64,000 nt of DNA from an uncultured Nitrososphaerota archaeon (GTDB lineage Archaea > Thermoproteota > EX4484-205 > JAAOZP01): the NCBI GenBank assembly GCA_964416155.1, contig CAYQCW010000003.1, positions 1-64,000 on the forward strand, in the 5' to 3' direction. Position 1 is the first letter of the stretch. Every line of letters starts with the position of its first letter. The notes beneath the pieces are model-generated. The model was given only the letters and a program-made list of their open reading frames with translations. It did no database searches and had not been told where the DNA came from. The translations under genes and the position numbers were made by a program. Of this stretch, positions 18,190 through 27,285 are shown one piece after another.

Positions 18190-18858
18190 TTAAAAATTTT
18201 TCAACGCTAGGGATATGTTCATAAGCTCAGCCCCGGTTGTAGACTCTCCCACAAGCACCCCATATGGGCTTGTGAGCATGCCGAGCCTTATGAAAGACAG
18301 CCCGTCGTTCACCGTCACCGCGTAAACCCTGAGCTTCAAAACATCTTCCAGAAGCCTCCTATCCTGCTCTGACAGAAGCTTGGAAGCGAAGCAGAGCCCC
18401 TCGCCGGGTACTGCTAGAGCCCCTATTGCAACATAGTTAGCAAGGCTTGCGAAATCATAGTCGACCCCAAGGAAGTCAGCTATCGCTCTAGCCTCATTCC
18501 TGGGAACCCTTGTCGAGAAAAGCACACCCTTATCTGAGAGAATCATCATGTTCCCCCACGCTTTAAGCCTGCTTTCAACCCTCATGATCTCCTTCCCGAG
18601 TGCCTCCAGCTCCCTCAGCTCCTCATCCTCAACAGTGTCTGGGGCAATTATGAAGTTCGAATTCGCCGCTATCATCGACGAAACCGCGTGAACACCGCCT
18701 ATGTTTGTCAACGCTATTAAGCCAACCCTTAGAAAATCCCTGAGCCTCCTCAGGAAGCCCTGGGGAGCATTCTTGTTGACCACAGCATTAACCCCGAAGA
18801 CTTTTGAGTAGGCTCCTATGAAAGGAGTCTTCCAGATCGAGGCTCTGGCTACTTCCAT
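18190..18858 (-). CDS. eif6: Translation initiation factor aIF6
   Basis: Pentein repeats, TVNDG, VGESTTGAEL; conserved context. Confidence 0.88.
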   Translation of the reverse strand: MEVARASIWKTPFIGAYSKVFGVNAVVNKNAPQGFLRRLRDFLRVGLIALTNIGGVHAVSSMIAANSNFIIAPDTVEDEELRELEALGKEIMRVESRLKAWGNMMILSDKGVLFSTRVPRNEARAIADFLGVDYDFASLANYVAIGALAVPGEGLCFASKLLSEQDRRLLEDVLKLRVYAVTVNDGLSFIRLGMLTSPYGVLVGESTTGAELMNISLALKNF

Positions 18859-18861
18859 GAT

Positions 18862-19131
18862 TTATCGCTGCTCTGAACCCGGGAGCCTTAGGAGAACCTC
18901 GTCCTCCTCGACAACGGCTAGAATCTTCAGACGACCCTTCAAAACCTTCCCAGGGTTGGAGTGAACATACTCGTTCAAATCACTCCCTATGACTATTCTC
19001 TTACCCTTGAAAGCCTTGGAAGCCTTCTCCCGGATCTTCCGGATGGCGACCTCACGCCTATCTTGGAAAGGCGCATTCTTGACTCTTGAAAGATTTATTG
19101 AGAAAACAGTCTCCTCAGGCTTACTGCTCAT
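18862..19131 (-). CDS. rpl31e: 50S ribosomal protein eL31
   Basis: FSINLSRV...AIRKIRE...DLNEYV; conserved context. Confidence 0.85.
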   Translation of the reverse strand: MSSKPEETVFSINLSRVKNAPFQDRREVAIRKIREKASKAFKGKRIVIGSDLNEYVHSNPGKVLKGRLKILAVVEEDEVLLRLPGSEQR

Positions 19132-19143
19132 CAGCCAACCACC

Positions 19144-19299
19144 TTAAAGCTTGATCCTGCTTCTTCTCCAGTTTCTCCAACGGTGTGTAAACCTGACTTT
19201 CCCCCGTGTCTTAGCCACGACCCATGTTGGCACAGCGTACGATCTCTTCAACTCAGCCTGCAGGCGAAGCTTCTTACCAACCGTCTTGCTCCTAGCCAG
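19144..19299 (-). CDS. rpl39e: 50S ribosomal protein eL39 (CTG start)
   Basis: Not in ORF track. Manual translation xARSKTVGKKLRLQAELKRSYAVPTWVVAKTRGKVRFTHRWRNWRRSRIKL, 51 aa. Confidence 0.93.
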   Translation of the reverse strand: MARSKTVGKKLRLQAELKRSYAVPTWVVAKTRGKVRFTHRWRNWRRSRIKL

Positions 19300-19305
19300 T
19301 TCTCC

Positions 19306-19626
19306 TCACCCCATTCCTCTCCTTGAAGACAAGTATATTCTCTCCAGGATCTCCTTCAGATACTCGTCTTCAACCGGTATTTTAAGCTTGCCCTGCTGCG
19401 CCAGGGCTATAAGGTATTTCTCAACCTGCTCTGCAAGCTGGGGCTTAACCAGCCTGAGATTGTTCAAACGATTCCTCGCCTCCGGCGTGAAAACAATCCT
19501 GCTTAAAGTCTTTATGACCGCCTGCTCCTCCTGCCTGCGCTTGCTTTCCTCAAGATCCTTCTCCATCTGCCTGCGCCGCTGTTCAAGTATTTTTGCAATC
19601 TCCTCGTCCTCACTCATTTCTCCCAA
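19306..19626 (-). CDS. PDCD5-like DNA-binding protein
   Basis: FTPEARNRLNNLRLVKPQLAEQVEKYLIALAQQG. Confidence 0.9.
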   Translation of the reverse strand: MGEMSEDEEIAKILEQRRRQMEKDLEESKRRQEEQAVIKTLSRIVFTPEARNRLNNLRLVKPQLAEQVEKYLIALAQQGKLKIPVEDEYLKEILERIYLSSRRGMG

Positions 19627-20055
19627 CTACCCTTTTCCAGCAACCTCGCGGGACAGCCTGTCTAGGAGAGAGACGCCCTTCGGCGTTAGCCACCTACCCT
19701 TGTTCGACTTACCTACGAGGCCTGCTTCCTCAAGCTGCTGAAGAATCCTTCTGATTATTGCCCCGCCGGCCCTAACCTTATGTGCCCTCCTCATCGGGTA
19801 TTTCTCCCTACCCCCGTATGCTTTCCTGAGCCTTGAAACACCCATTGGTCCTTTCACGTACAGCCTCCTGAGTATTGAAGCAGCCCTTACGTGCCACCAG
19901 TCTAAACGATCCGGGGGCCTCTCCCTGTGGCTGCCGGTTTTAACGAAAAGAGCCCACTTAGGGGGGTTTACTTCCTTAACATTCTCCCTAAGGTATTCTG
20001 CAATCCTCTCTATAAGCATGTCCGCCGGAACCGCTTTAACGTGCACAGCCTCCAA
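19627..20055 (-). CDS. rps19e: 30S ribosomal protein eS19
   Basis: PPKWALFVKTGSHRERPP, WWHVRAASILRRLY. Confidence 0.96.
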   Translation of the reverse strand: MEAVHVKAVPADMLIERIAEYLRENVKEVNPPKWALFVKTGSHRERPPDRLDWWHVRAASILRRLYVKGPMGVSRLRKAYGGREKYPMRRAHKVRAGGAIIRRILQQLEEAGLVGKSNKGRWLTPKGVSLLDRLSREVAGKG

Positions 20056-20118
20056 CAGTCTTCAGTCTCACTCTGGAAGCAAAGGTTTTATAAGGTTTAG
20101 CAGGGGGCAGGCCTAGGG

Positions 20119-20821
20119 ATGAAGAGCCTCATGCTTTTTCGACTCTAGCCTTGTTCCCAGAGAGCCAGCCACCCATCCGCAGATAGTTAAAAATGCGATT
20201 AAAAAGGGGAAAACCCTTGGAAACAGTGCTTGGAAGAAGCGTCCACCATAAGGCTATTCTGAGGCTTGAAAACAGTGAGAAAAGAGGCCGGCCGGATATT
20301 TTGCACACCTGTCTTAAAATAGTGTCAGACTCCCCCGTCTACAGGTCGGAAACTAGGCGTGATAGTGCACACCGTAGACGGAAAATGGATTATCCCGAGG
20401 GGAGAATAAGGTTTCCAGTGACTATGGTAACTTCATAGGACTGATGGAAAAACTTCTCTCAAAAGACAGAATCCTAGACCCGGATGGAAAAAATCCTCAT
20501 GGAAACAGCGTCGAAAAAGGATGCTTTAAGGCTTTTAGACACGTATGCTCGTAGAATACTCTTCACCCACGTTGACAGGAGGGTTGAAATCCGAGACTAC
20601 GTTAAGAGTGTTCCAGAAGAAAGCGTGTCCGTGTGCTTCCTCATTGGGGCATATCTGAAGGGAAGACCCTCGAGGAAATATGGAGCATGACGGGGGAGAA
20701 GGTTTCAGTTTACGACGAGGTTTTAGCAGCCTGGACTGTCACAGCCTGGCTGACCTACGAGATATTCCGGCTAAACCCGTGTCAGCATATGAATACTCTT
20801 GACGCAATAACCCTGTCGTAA
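20119..20821 (+). pseudogene. nep1: Nep1/Emg1 16S rRNA pseudouridine N1-methyltransferase, multiply frameshifted
   Basis: Nep1 motifs spread over different frames: LVPRE..HPQIVKNA / KRGKP..RSVHHKA..EKRGRPDILH..DSP / VIVHTVDG / YGNFIGLMEKLL / FLIGAY..G / VSVYDEVLAAWTV. Confidence 0.82.
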
Positions 20822-21207
20822 ACCTCGTCTGACTCCCTTACTTCTGAGAATAATCCTGAAAGCTCAGCGATCCTCTGCGCCAGAAGATGGTAGCAAGCAT
20901 ACGCCTCCCCAGTCATCACATAGAAGAAGAAATCCTTGCAGGAACAATACTTCACCAGTGGGATCACAAGGTACTCCTCCTCTCTACCGACGATAATCCA
21001 CCTAACCCTGTTTGAAGGCTGCAGAACATACTTCTTAACCCTTCTCGAGACAACTGTCTTTAAGGCTCTCCTGCCTCTTTCGCCGAAAGCGCTGATGATC
21101 CTATCTTCACACTCACGCGTCACACCTTGATTTTTAAGAAGCCCAGCTATCTCCTCAGGTATCCTGTCAGCGCTATCCTTATCTTCAATCATCCCGCTTG
21201 TTACCAC
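20782..21207 (-). CDS. SWIM zinc-finger protein
   Basis: YCSCKDFFF...ACYHLLA (CxC...CxH). Confidence 0.78.
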   Translation of the reverse strand: MVTSGMIEDKDSADRIPEEIAGLLKNQGVTRECEDRIISAFGERGRRALKTVVSRRVKKYVLQPSNRVRWIIVGREEEYLVIPLVKYCSCKDFFFYVMTGEAYACYHLLAQRIAELSGLFSEVRESDEVYDRVIASRVFIC

Positions 21208-21213
21208 TGAAGC

Positions 21214-21960
21214 TTGAACACGGGAACAAGATTTAAGCTTATTAAAGGAGAGCCGGCTCTGCTAGCTGGGGAAACCCTCGTCATCGCGGATACGCACATA
21301 GGCTACGAGGGGGAGATAAGGCTTAAGGGAATCAAGCTTCCAAGCCTAACCAAGAGGATCCTTACACGCGTCCTAAGCTTGGCGGAGAAAACGTCTGCCA
21401 GAAGGCTGCTTATCCTTGGAGACTTGAAACACACGGTCTATGGTCCTCGGGGGCTGGAGTGGATGGAGATCCCGGAGTTCATGCGCAGAATAGTTAACAG
21501 ATTTGAATGGGTTGGGGTTGTTCCTGGGAATCACGACGGGGATCTTTACACTGTCCTGCCTGAGGGGGTTGAGCTGACGGATCCCGACGGAGTCTTGTCG
21601 AACGGTGTTCTCTTCACACACGGCCATAAGAGGATTGACATTATTCTCGACAAGAAAGGTTGGGGCAACGTTAGAATAGTCGTAGTCGGGCATTTCCACC
21701 CGGCTGTAGAGCTTCTCGACGATCTCGGTTACAGGTATGTGATACCTGTCTGGGTTAAGGGCTTGCTGAACAACACTGTTGAAATACTTTTAATGCCGGC
21801 TTTCAACGAAAACATTGGAAAGCTCATAGTTAACAATCCTGAGAGAATATCCGAGGAACTGAGGGGTTTCTTGAAAACAGGCTCGATAAACCTTCAGGAG
21901 GCTGAGGTTTACAGCTTGGATCTGGTCTTCCTCGGGAAGATCGGGGAACTGGAGAAATGA
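21214..21960 (+). CDS. Metallophosphoesterase (calcineurin-like, COG1407 type)
   Basis: ADTHIG, LGDLKH, PGNHD, THGH, GHFHP, MPAFN. Confidence 0.88.
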   Translation: MNTGTRFKLIKGEPALLAGETLVIADTHIGYEGEIRLKGIKLPSLTKRILTRVLSLAEKTSARRLLILGDLKHTVYGPRGLEWMEIPEFMRRIVNRFEWVGVVPGNHDGDLYTVLPEGVELTDPDGVLSNGVLFTHGHKRIDIILDKKGWGNVRIVVVGHFHPAVELLDDLGYRYVIPVWVKGLLNNTVEILLMPAFNENIGKLIVNNPERISEELRGFLKTGSINLQEAEVYSLDLVFLGKIGELEK

Positions 21961-21963
21961 CGC

Positions 21964-23109
21964 GTGTACTACGAGTTTCGCGCGATAATAGGATCTCGTA
22001 ATTACAGCCTATTACACAATAAGGTTTTAAAAGTATTGAATACTTTAATGCGATTGGGAAAAATTTATATCGCGGCTTTAAACATAATTGAGTGGAATTT
22101 GAATGTCCCTGTTAAAAAAGCAGTGTTTATAGCTGGTTTAATATTGCTCACAGTTGGAATCCTCACCGCGATAATGGCTCCGGCGGATGTCGGCTGGAGG
22201 CTTAGAAGCCGAGTACTGATTAACGGAGAAACCCTGAACATTTCAGCGAGATGGAAAACAGACAGCAAGAAACTTGTTGAAGAAATTCTCAGAGTCGAAA
22301 CCCACTTGAAATACGACGAATGCTGGGGAGCTGTGCCCCCCTTCTTCGGGGAGGAAAACGACTTCGTGATAACCGGGAGCGCCATTGAACAATCATCCCC
22401 CCCGAAGCCTTTCAACTTCTACGTTTTCGACCGCGTCAACTTCGACCTGTGGAGGACAGGCTCATCCTACAGGGCTTACTATGAGGATAAGGGTAAAACT
22501 TCAGCAAGCTTCAGCTTCTCAATAGCCTCGAAGGAAAACTTGCCCGACGTGATCTATTTCGTAGTGGAGGAGCATGATCCAAGAGTAGAGCCAACGGTCC
22601 TTGTTAACTCAACGATCAGATGGACCGAGAAATCTTCGAGAACAGATTGTGCCGGATACATAGCGTCAACCCCTCAGGTTTTAATCGAAGAAGCAAAGGA
22701 TTTCAGACTCATGGGCAACGCTACGGAGGTGAATGGAAACAGGTTCAACTTCTACATAATGAAGTATTCTGACTATTGGGATTGGCTCGCTGGCAAAAAC
22801 TACACTGCCATACTTGAGCGAGAGAACGTCAACTCTTTAAGCTTCAACATCTCGCTAACAGAAGACCACGTGGGCTCAGCGTTCAGCGTGTGCTTCGTCG
22901 TTGAAAACCCTTTAAAAGACGTGGATGAGAAAATAATTATTAACGCGACACTAGAATGGCAGGAGAAAACAATCCTTTCAACCGCCTTCGGGGGGAAAAT
23001 AATTGGCACCACCATGGCAAGCATAGGTCTCATCATGACAATCGCAGGAACTGCTTCACTAGTCTTTAAACCTAGGAAGGGGAAACATTTACCTGCCGAT
23101 AGCGTGTAA
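21964..23109 (+). CDS. Membrane-anchored protein with two tandem beta-rich repeat domains
   Basis: N- and C-terminal TM helices; internal repeat DF...G.A.E...FNFY......W..G..Y.A...SF...FVVE...N.T..W.EK; true start probably downstream of 21964. Confidence 0.7.
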   Translation: MYYEFRAIIGSRNYSLLHNKVLKVLNTLMRLGKIYIAALNIIEWNLNVPVKKAVFIAGLILLTVGILTAIMAPADVGWRLRSRVLINGETLNISARWKTDSKKLVEEILRVETHLKYDECWGAVPPFFGEENDFVITGSAIEQSSPPKPFNFYVFDRVNFDLWRTGSSYRAYYEDKGKTSASFSFSIASKENLPDVIYFVVEEHDPRVEPTVLVNSTIRWTEKSSRTDCAGYIASTPQVLIEEAKDFRLMGNATEVNGNRFNFYIMKYSDYWDWLAGKNYTAILERENVNSLSFNISLTEDHVGSAFSVCFVVENPLKDVDEKIIINATLEWQEKTILSTAFGGKIIGTTMASIGLIMTIAGTASLVFKPRKGKHLPADSV

Positions 23110-23456
23110 ACAACTTGGGCAATAAGCTCATGAAAAATATAAAGTGGACCCGGAACCGCCCATGGAATGATAGTATACGGGTGCCATGCAAACGTTTCCC
23201 TGTATCCGCCGTACAATCAGTACCACCACACACTTGTCGCAGGGAACCTAGGCAGTACTACAATAAGCTACACGGGACACGTGCAGTGGCAAAAAGTCTA
23301 TGAGAACGAACCAGGCGGAGCCGGCATCGAAGGATAGGCACGTAGCAACACTACTAGGTCATTCATCTAAATCAGTTTCACCACTATCTTATTTCAACTG
23401 GCCACGCATAGCTCGTTAAGAAAGTCGCGAATCATCCTGCGGCGCTATGCAGACCC

Positions 23457-23738
23457 GTGTTCTTTTCTCCGAGCCTGGACGACGGTTTCCTCGAGGCTTT
23501 AAAGGGCGAAATGCCGTTTGAAAACGAGGTTGTTGCAATAAAGCTCCACATGGGTGAGCCCGGGAACAGGAACCATTTGAAGGATGAGGAGGTGAAGAGG
23601 TTTAGCGCGCGATATTCTTGCTGTCGAGAAAGCGACTTTTTAATTGTTAAAAAGGAAGGCAAGGATGTTTTCAAAGAGTTGAACAAGAAGTCTTTTAGAG
23701 AGCAGTTGAAGGCTGCTGAAAAATTTTCTTCTCAATAG
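23457..23738 (+). pseudogene. Internally deleted DUF362 Fe-S protein remnant
   Basis: VAIKLHMGEPGN N-terminal motif joined almost directly to a C-terminal-like segment; only 93 aa. Confidence 0.55.
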
Positions 23739-24523
23739 AAATACTCTGGCTGCTTTCTCCTCTCGCTTAATTCCTGCTGTCTGGCTGCTTCCTCAATCAA
23801 CCTTTCGAAGTCTCTACTGGTCTTTTCAATATCCTGAAGGTCAAGGTCTATTTTCAACATTTTAACCAGTTTCTCAAGAACCGCGTGAATGCTTTTAGGA
23901 TATATGTTAGCAAAGGGCGGGGCATGCCCCCATAGGCTTATCACTTCGATGCCTCTTTTCTGACAGGCAAGCACGAGAAGCGAGTGGATGCCTACTGGTG
24001 CGAGCTGCCTACTGCTCCCGTATGTCACGTATCCTATCCCGTATTTTTTCAACTCGTCTTTCAACCCGGGATCTCCGACAACTGCCTCCACCTGCTGTTC
24101 CCCCGTGGGTGAAGCCTCTGGAACAATTACTCCGCCAATCACGTATATTCTCCTCACCTTGTAAAAGATTGCTAAATCAATAATTTCCTCAGCGTATTCG
24201 TTAGGCTTGAAATTAGGCTCGTCGGCAAGCAAGAGTATCAAATCATTTCCCCCAAGAGTATTCTTATAGTAGAATAATTCCGTGGAGGCCCACTCTATCC
24301 TTCTTATAATGCCCTCTTCAATCCATCCCAATGGTCGAGAGTTTTGAAGAATGTAGAAATCGTCTGGAACCATTTCGCCAAATCTTCTTGCTCCCAGTTT
24401 CCTCACCAGATAGCCTACGCACCCGCTTGATATTCTTCCAGCATCAGCCCACCCTCTGAAACCGAGTATGAACAGGGGTTCTCTAAGCTCAGGCTGCTCG
24501 TAAATAGTGAATCTCCCCCTCAT
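23732..24523 (-). CDS. PAC2 family (proteasome assembly chaperone-like) protein
   Basis: LGFRGWADAG, EPNFK, VISLWGHAP, YPKS..AVL. Confidence 0.85.
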   Translation of the reverse strand: MRGRFTIYEQPELREPLFILGFRGWADAGRISSGCVGYLVRKLGARRFGEMVPDDFYILQNSRPLGWIEEGIIRRIEWASTELFYYKNTLGGNDLILLLADEPNFKPNEYAEEIIDLAIFYKVRRIYVIGGVIVPEASPTGEQQVEAVVGDPGLKDELKKYGIGYVTYGSSRQLAPVGIHSLLVLACQKRGIEVISLWGHAPPFANIYPKSIHAVLEKLVKMLKIDLDLQDIEKTSRDFERLIEEAARQQELSERRKQPEYFY

Positions 24524-24762
24524 CTTCCTCTCTCACACGTTTAAACAGAGCGGGGGATTTAAACCTACTATGACTAGAATGCTTGCTTTCAAAGCCCCTG
24601 GTTCTTGCTGATCCTTCCACTTGTCACGCTATATCCTCCAGTCTAGCAAGCAGATTGGGCTAGCCGCCTAGTCCTAAAACGTTAAGCGTGTTCAAAGGTT
24701 TCGCTTAGAGCTAGGCTTGAAAAACAGGGTTTAAAAGCATTGCTGGAGAGTTTTTTCTGAAA

Positions 24763-25875
24763 ATGATCGCGTACAGCGATAGGTTTCTGGCTCTCACAGG
24801 GGGCCGTTTCGGAAGACCTAAGCGTGTCCCGCACTGGGAGCATTGGTCCTGCCCTGATGCTGAAACATATATTACTGGCATAGACTACTATGAGCATCCT
24901 CGTCTCTGCCGTTTGAAGATGGCTGAGCTCTACCCGCAGCTTGAGCTCCCGGTTCCCCAGAGGGACGAGCCGATTCCCCGTCCAGAGAGCTTGATGAACG
25001 GTAGGAGCTCGTATGTTGACGAGCATGGTCGTAGGCATGTCCGCTGGGGTGATTCTCTCAGCAACCATTGGGACTGGGGGGAGCTTTTCAAGACGCCGGA
25101 GGACGTGTTCGCCTTCTCCCCGTTGAAGCATGGCGACTTCACTAATATTCCTGTGGTTGAGTCTCGCGACTACCGTGACCAGGATAAGCTTTACCGCGAG
25201 TATCGGGCCAGCTATCCTGTTGAGTGGGGTGATGAGGCTCCCGAGGGTTCAACGGCCTCGGTTTCTTTCTACAACACGATGTTCATGTGGCCGCTTCTCA
25301 CCTTCGGGTGGAGGCTGTTTCTGAGAACCTGCCTAGATAAGCGTTTCGAAAGAATAATGGATGAGTTTGCCGAGCTCAACAGGCGTGTCTTCAGGGTTTT
25401 CGCAAGGCTGCCTGTCAACTTTGTGGTCTGCCATGATGATATTGCTACTTCCAGCGGGCCTATTGTCTCCCCGGCTTGGATGCGGAGACACGTGTTTCCA
25501 CGTTACAGAGAGTTCTGGGGTATCCTGAGGGACGCTGGTAAGACGGTTATCTTCATGTCGGACGGGTGTATTGATGTTTTTGCAGAAGACGTTTTCGCAT
25601 GCGGTGCCCAGGGAATAATTACTGAGCCCTACACGAGCATTCAGACTATAGCGCGTAAGCATCCGGATGTTTTCCTAGCTGGCGAGGGAGACTGCCGCAT
25701 ACTCTTGGGTAAAGAACCGGTTGAGATAGAGAAAATGGTGCGGAGAATGGTGAAGACCGCTAAAATAGCAGGGGGCTACGCCTTCTGCATCGGGAACCAT
25801 ATTCCTTGGAATACTCCTCCGCAGGCTGTAAAACTTTACCTGGATCTTTGCGCTGAACTTGGGCATCTGGATTAG
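24763..25875 (+). CDS. Uroporphyrinogen decarboxylase/MtaA-like TIM-barrel family protein
   Basis: HDDIATSSGPIVSP, FMSDG, GGYAFCIGNHIP. Confidence 0.78.
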   Translation: MIAYSDRFLALTGGRFGRPKRVPHWEHWSCPDAETYITGIDYYEHPRLCRLKMAELYPQLELPVPQRDEPIPRPESLMNGRSSYVDEHGRRHVRWGDSLSNHWDWGELFKTPEDVFAFSPLKHGDFTNIPVVESRDYRDQDKLYREYRASYPVEWGDEAPEGSTASVSFYNTMFMWPLLTFGWRLFLRTCLDKRFERIMDEFAELNRRVFRVFARLPVNFVVCHDDIATSSGPIVSPAWMRRHVFPRYREFWGILRDAGKTVIFMSDGCIDVFAEDVFACGAQGIITEPYTSIQTIARKHPDVFLAGEGDCRILLGKEPVEIEKMVRRMVKTAKIAGGYAFCIGNHIPWNTPPQAVKLYLDLCAELGHLD

Positions 25876-26031
25876 GTTTCCAAGCCTCTTCAAAACCTGT
25901 AATCAGGCTCTGCTCCAAATCGGCGGGGCCACTGATGCTTTGTTCAAGGCTTTTTCAAGCCTCTTTCTCTGTGTGTTAAACTATGTTTATGGGAAAAGGG
26001 TTATATAGCCTTGCTCGCCAAATGGTTGAGG

Positions 26032-26442
26032 ATGTCTACGGTTCAAACCTATCGGGGAAGGACGTTGGAGGAGCTGAACAGCATGTCGATGAACGAGTTG
26101 ATGAAGCTCCTTCCAGCCAGGATTAGGAGGAGCCTCGTGAGAGGTCTTCACCCCGAGACGCGGAAGCTTCTTGAAAAGATTAGGAGGGTTAAGGCTGAGA
26201 TGGCTCGGACTGGGGTTCAGCCTAAGAGAATAAGGACGCACAGGAGGGATACGCCTATTCTCCCGGAGATGGTTGGATTAACAATTGAGGTTCACAATGG
26301 TAAGGACTTTATACCTGTTGAAATTACTCTTGACAAGGTTGGGCACTATCTGGGCGAGTTTGCAATAACCAATAAGAGGGTTGTTCACGGCAAGCCTGGA
26401 GTTGGAGCCAGCAAGGCTTCCACTTACGTCCCGTTGAAATAA
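26032..26442 (+). CDS. rps19: 30S ribosomal protein uS19
   Basis: [30 protein letters not shown]. Confidence 0.96.
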   Translation: MSTVQTYRGRTLEELNSMSMNELMKLLPARIRRSLVRGLHPETRKLLEKIRRVKAEMARTGVQPKRIRTHRRDTPILPEMVGLTIEVHNGKDFIPVEITLDKVGHYLGEFAITNKRVVHGKPGVGASKASTYVPLK

Positions 26443-26473
26443 GAAAAAATGGAAATTGAGGTAAGTGGCCTGA

Positions 26474-26701
26474 TTACTTCTTAGGCTGCTCTTTCCAAAC
26501 GTATGTTATCCTGTCGTCTATAACCAAGTATTCTCCACTGTCCTTGACTGAAACCATGGGTTTCTTCAATATTGTAGCGATTTTTCGGAGTCCTTCAAGC
26601 GACTTGACGTGTGCAACATATCCTTCAGGAGTCTTCTCCAGCTTATCCACGTTCACTGCTCTGCGTATGCTGGGCTCAGCTTCAGCTGCCTCCTTGCTCA
26701 T
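26474..26701 (-). CDS. Small hypothetical protein inserted between rps19 and rpl22
   Basis: 75-aa ORF with protein-like composition filling the intergenic gap. Confidence 0.6.
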   Translation of the reverse strand: MSKEAAEAEPSIRRAVNVDKLEKTPEGYVAHVKSLEGLRKIATILKKPMVSVKDSGEYLVIDDRITYVWKEQPKK

Positions 26702-26807
26702 TTTCTATCGCTAATGCTACTTTACTCTAGGATTTAAGCATTGCCTATAACGGGCAAAATATTTAATAATTGGTACATATTCCTGTCCTGCTCCCGCGAG
26801 CCAAAGG

Positions 26808-27284
26808 GTGTTGAGTTTGCCAAGCTTCAAGTACAGTCTGGTGGAGACGGATAGGGCCCGTTCGGCTAAGGCCAGCCTCAGAGAGGTTAGAGTATCCCCT
26901 AAACACTCGGTTGAACTGGCCAGGTTTATAAAGGGTTTAAGGATCCCTGAGGCCAGGGAGAGGCTGGAGGCAGTTGCGGAGAAAAGGCTCCCCGTCCCGT
27001 TTAAAAGGTACAGGAAGAAGGTTCCGCACAGACGGGGGGTTTTAAAAACTGATTCCGGGAGATACCCTGTGAAGGCAGCCATGTTCTTCCTCAGACTGTT
27101 GTCGCAGCTCGAGGCTAATGCTGAGTTAAAAGGATTGTCGCCGGAAAGGATGAGGATAACCGGCGTCGTTGTACACCGCGGTAGGAAGCTGAAACGATAT
27201 ACGCCCAGGGCCTTCGGAAGAGCTACGCCAAGGTTTGAAACCCTTACTCACGTTGAGGCTATGGCTGTGGAGGAGGCTGGTTGA
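26808..27284 (+). CDS. rpl22: 50S ribosomal protein uL22
   Basis: VSPKHSVE, GRYPVKAA, PRAFGRA. Confidence 0.96.
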   Translation: MLSLPSFKYSLVETDRARSAKASLREVRVSPKHSVELARFIKGLRIPEARERLEAVAEKRLPVPFKRYRKKVPHRRGVLKTDSGRYPVKAAMFFLRLLSQLEANAELKGLSPERMRITGVVVHRGRKLKRYTPRAFGRATPRFETLTHVEAMAVEEAG

Positions 27285-27285
27285 A

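Noticed and set aside
20119-20821. nep1 frameshifts as BHB introns or programmed frameshifting
   Set aside because: There are too many shifts, some with apparent residue loss, and no BHB pairing is evident.
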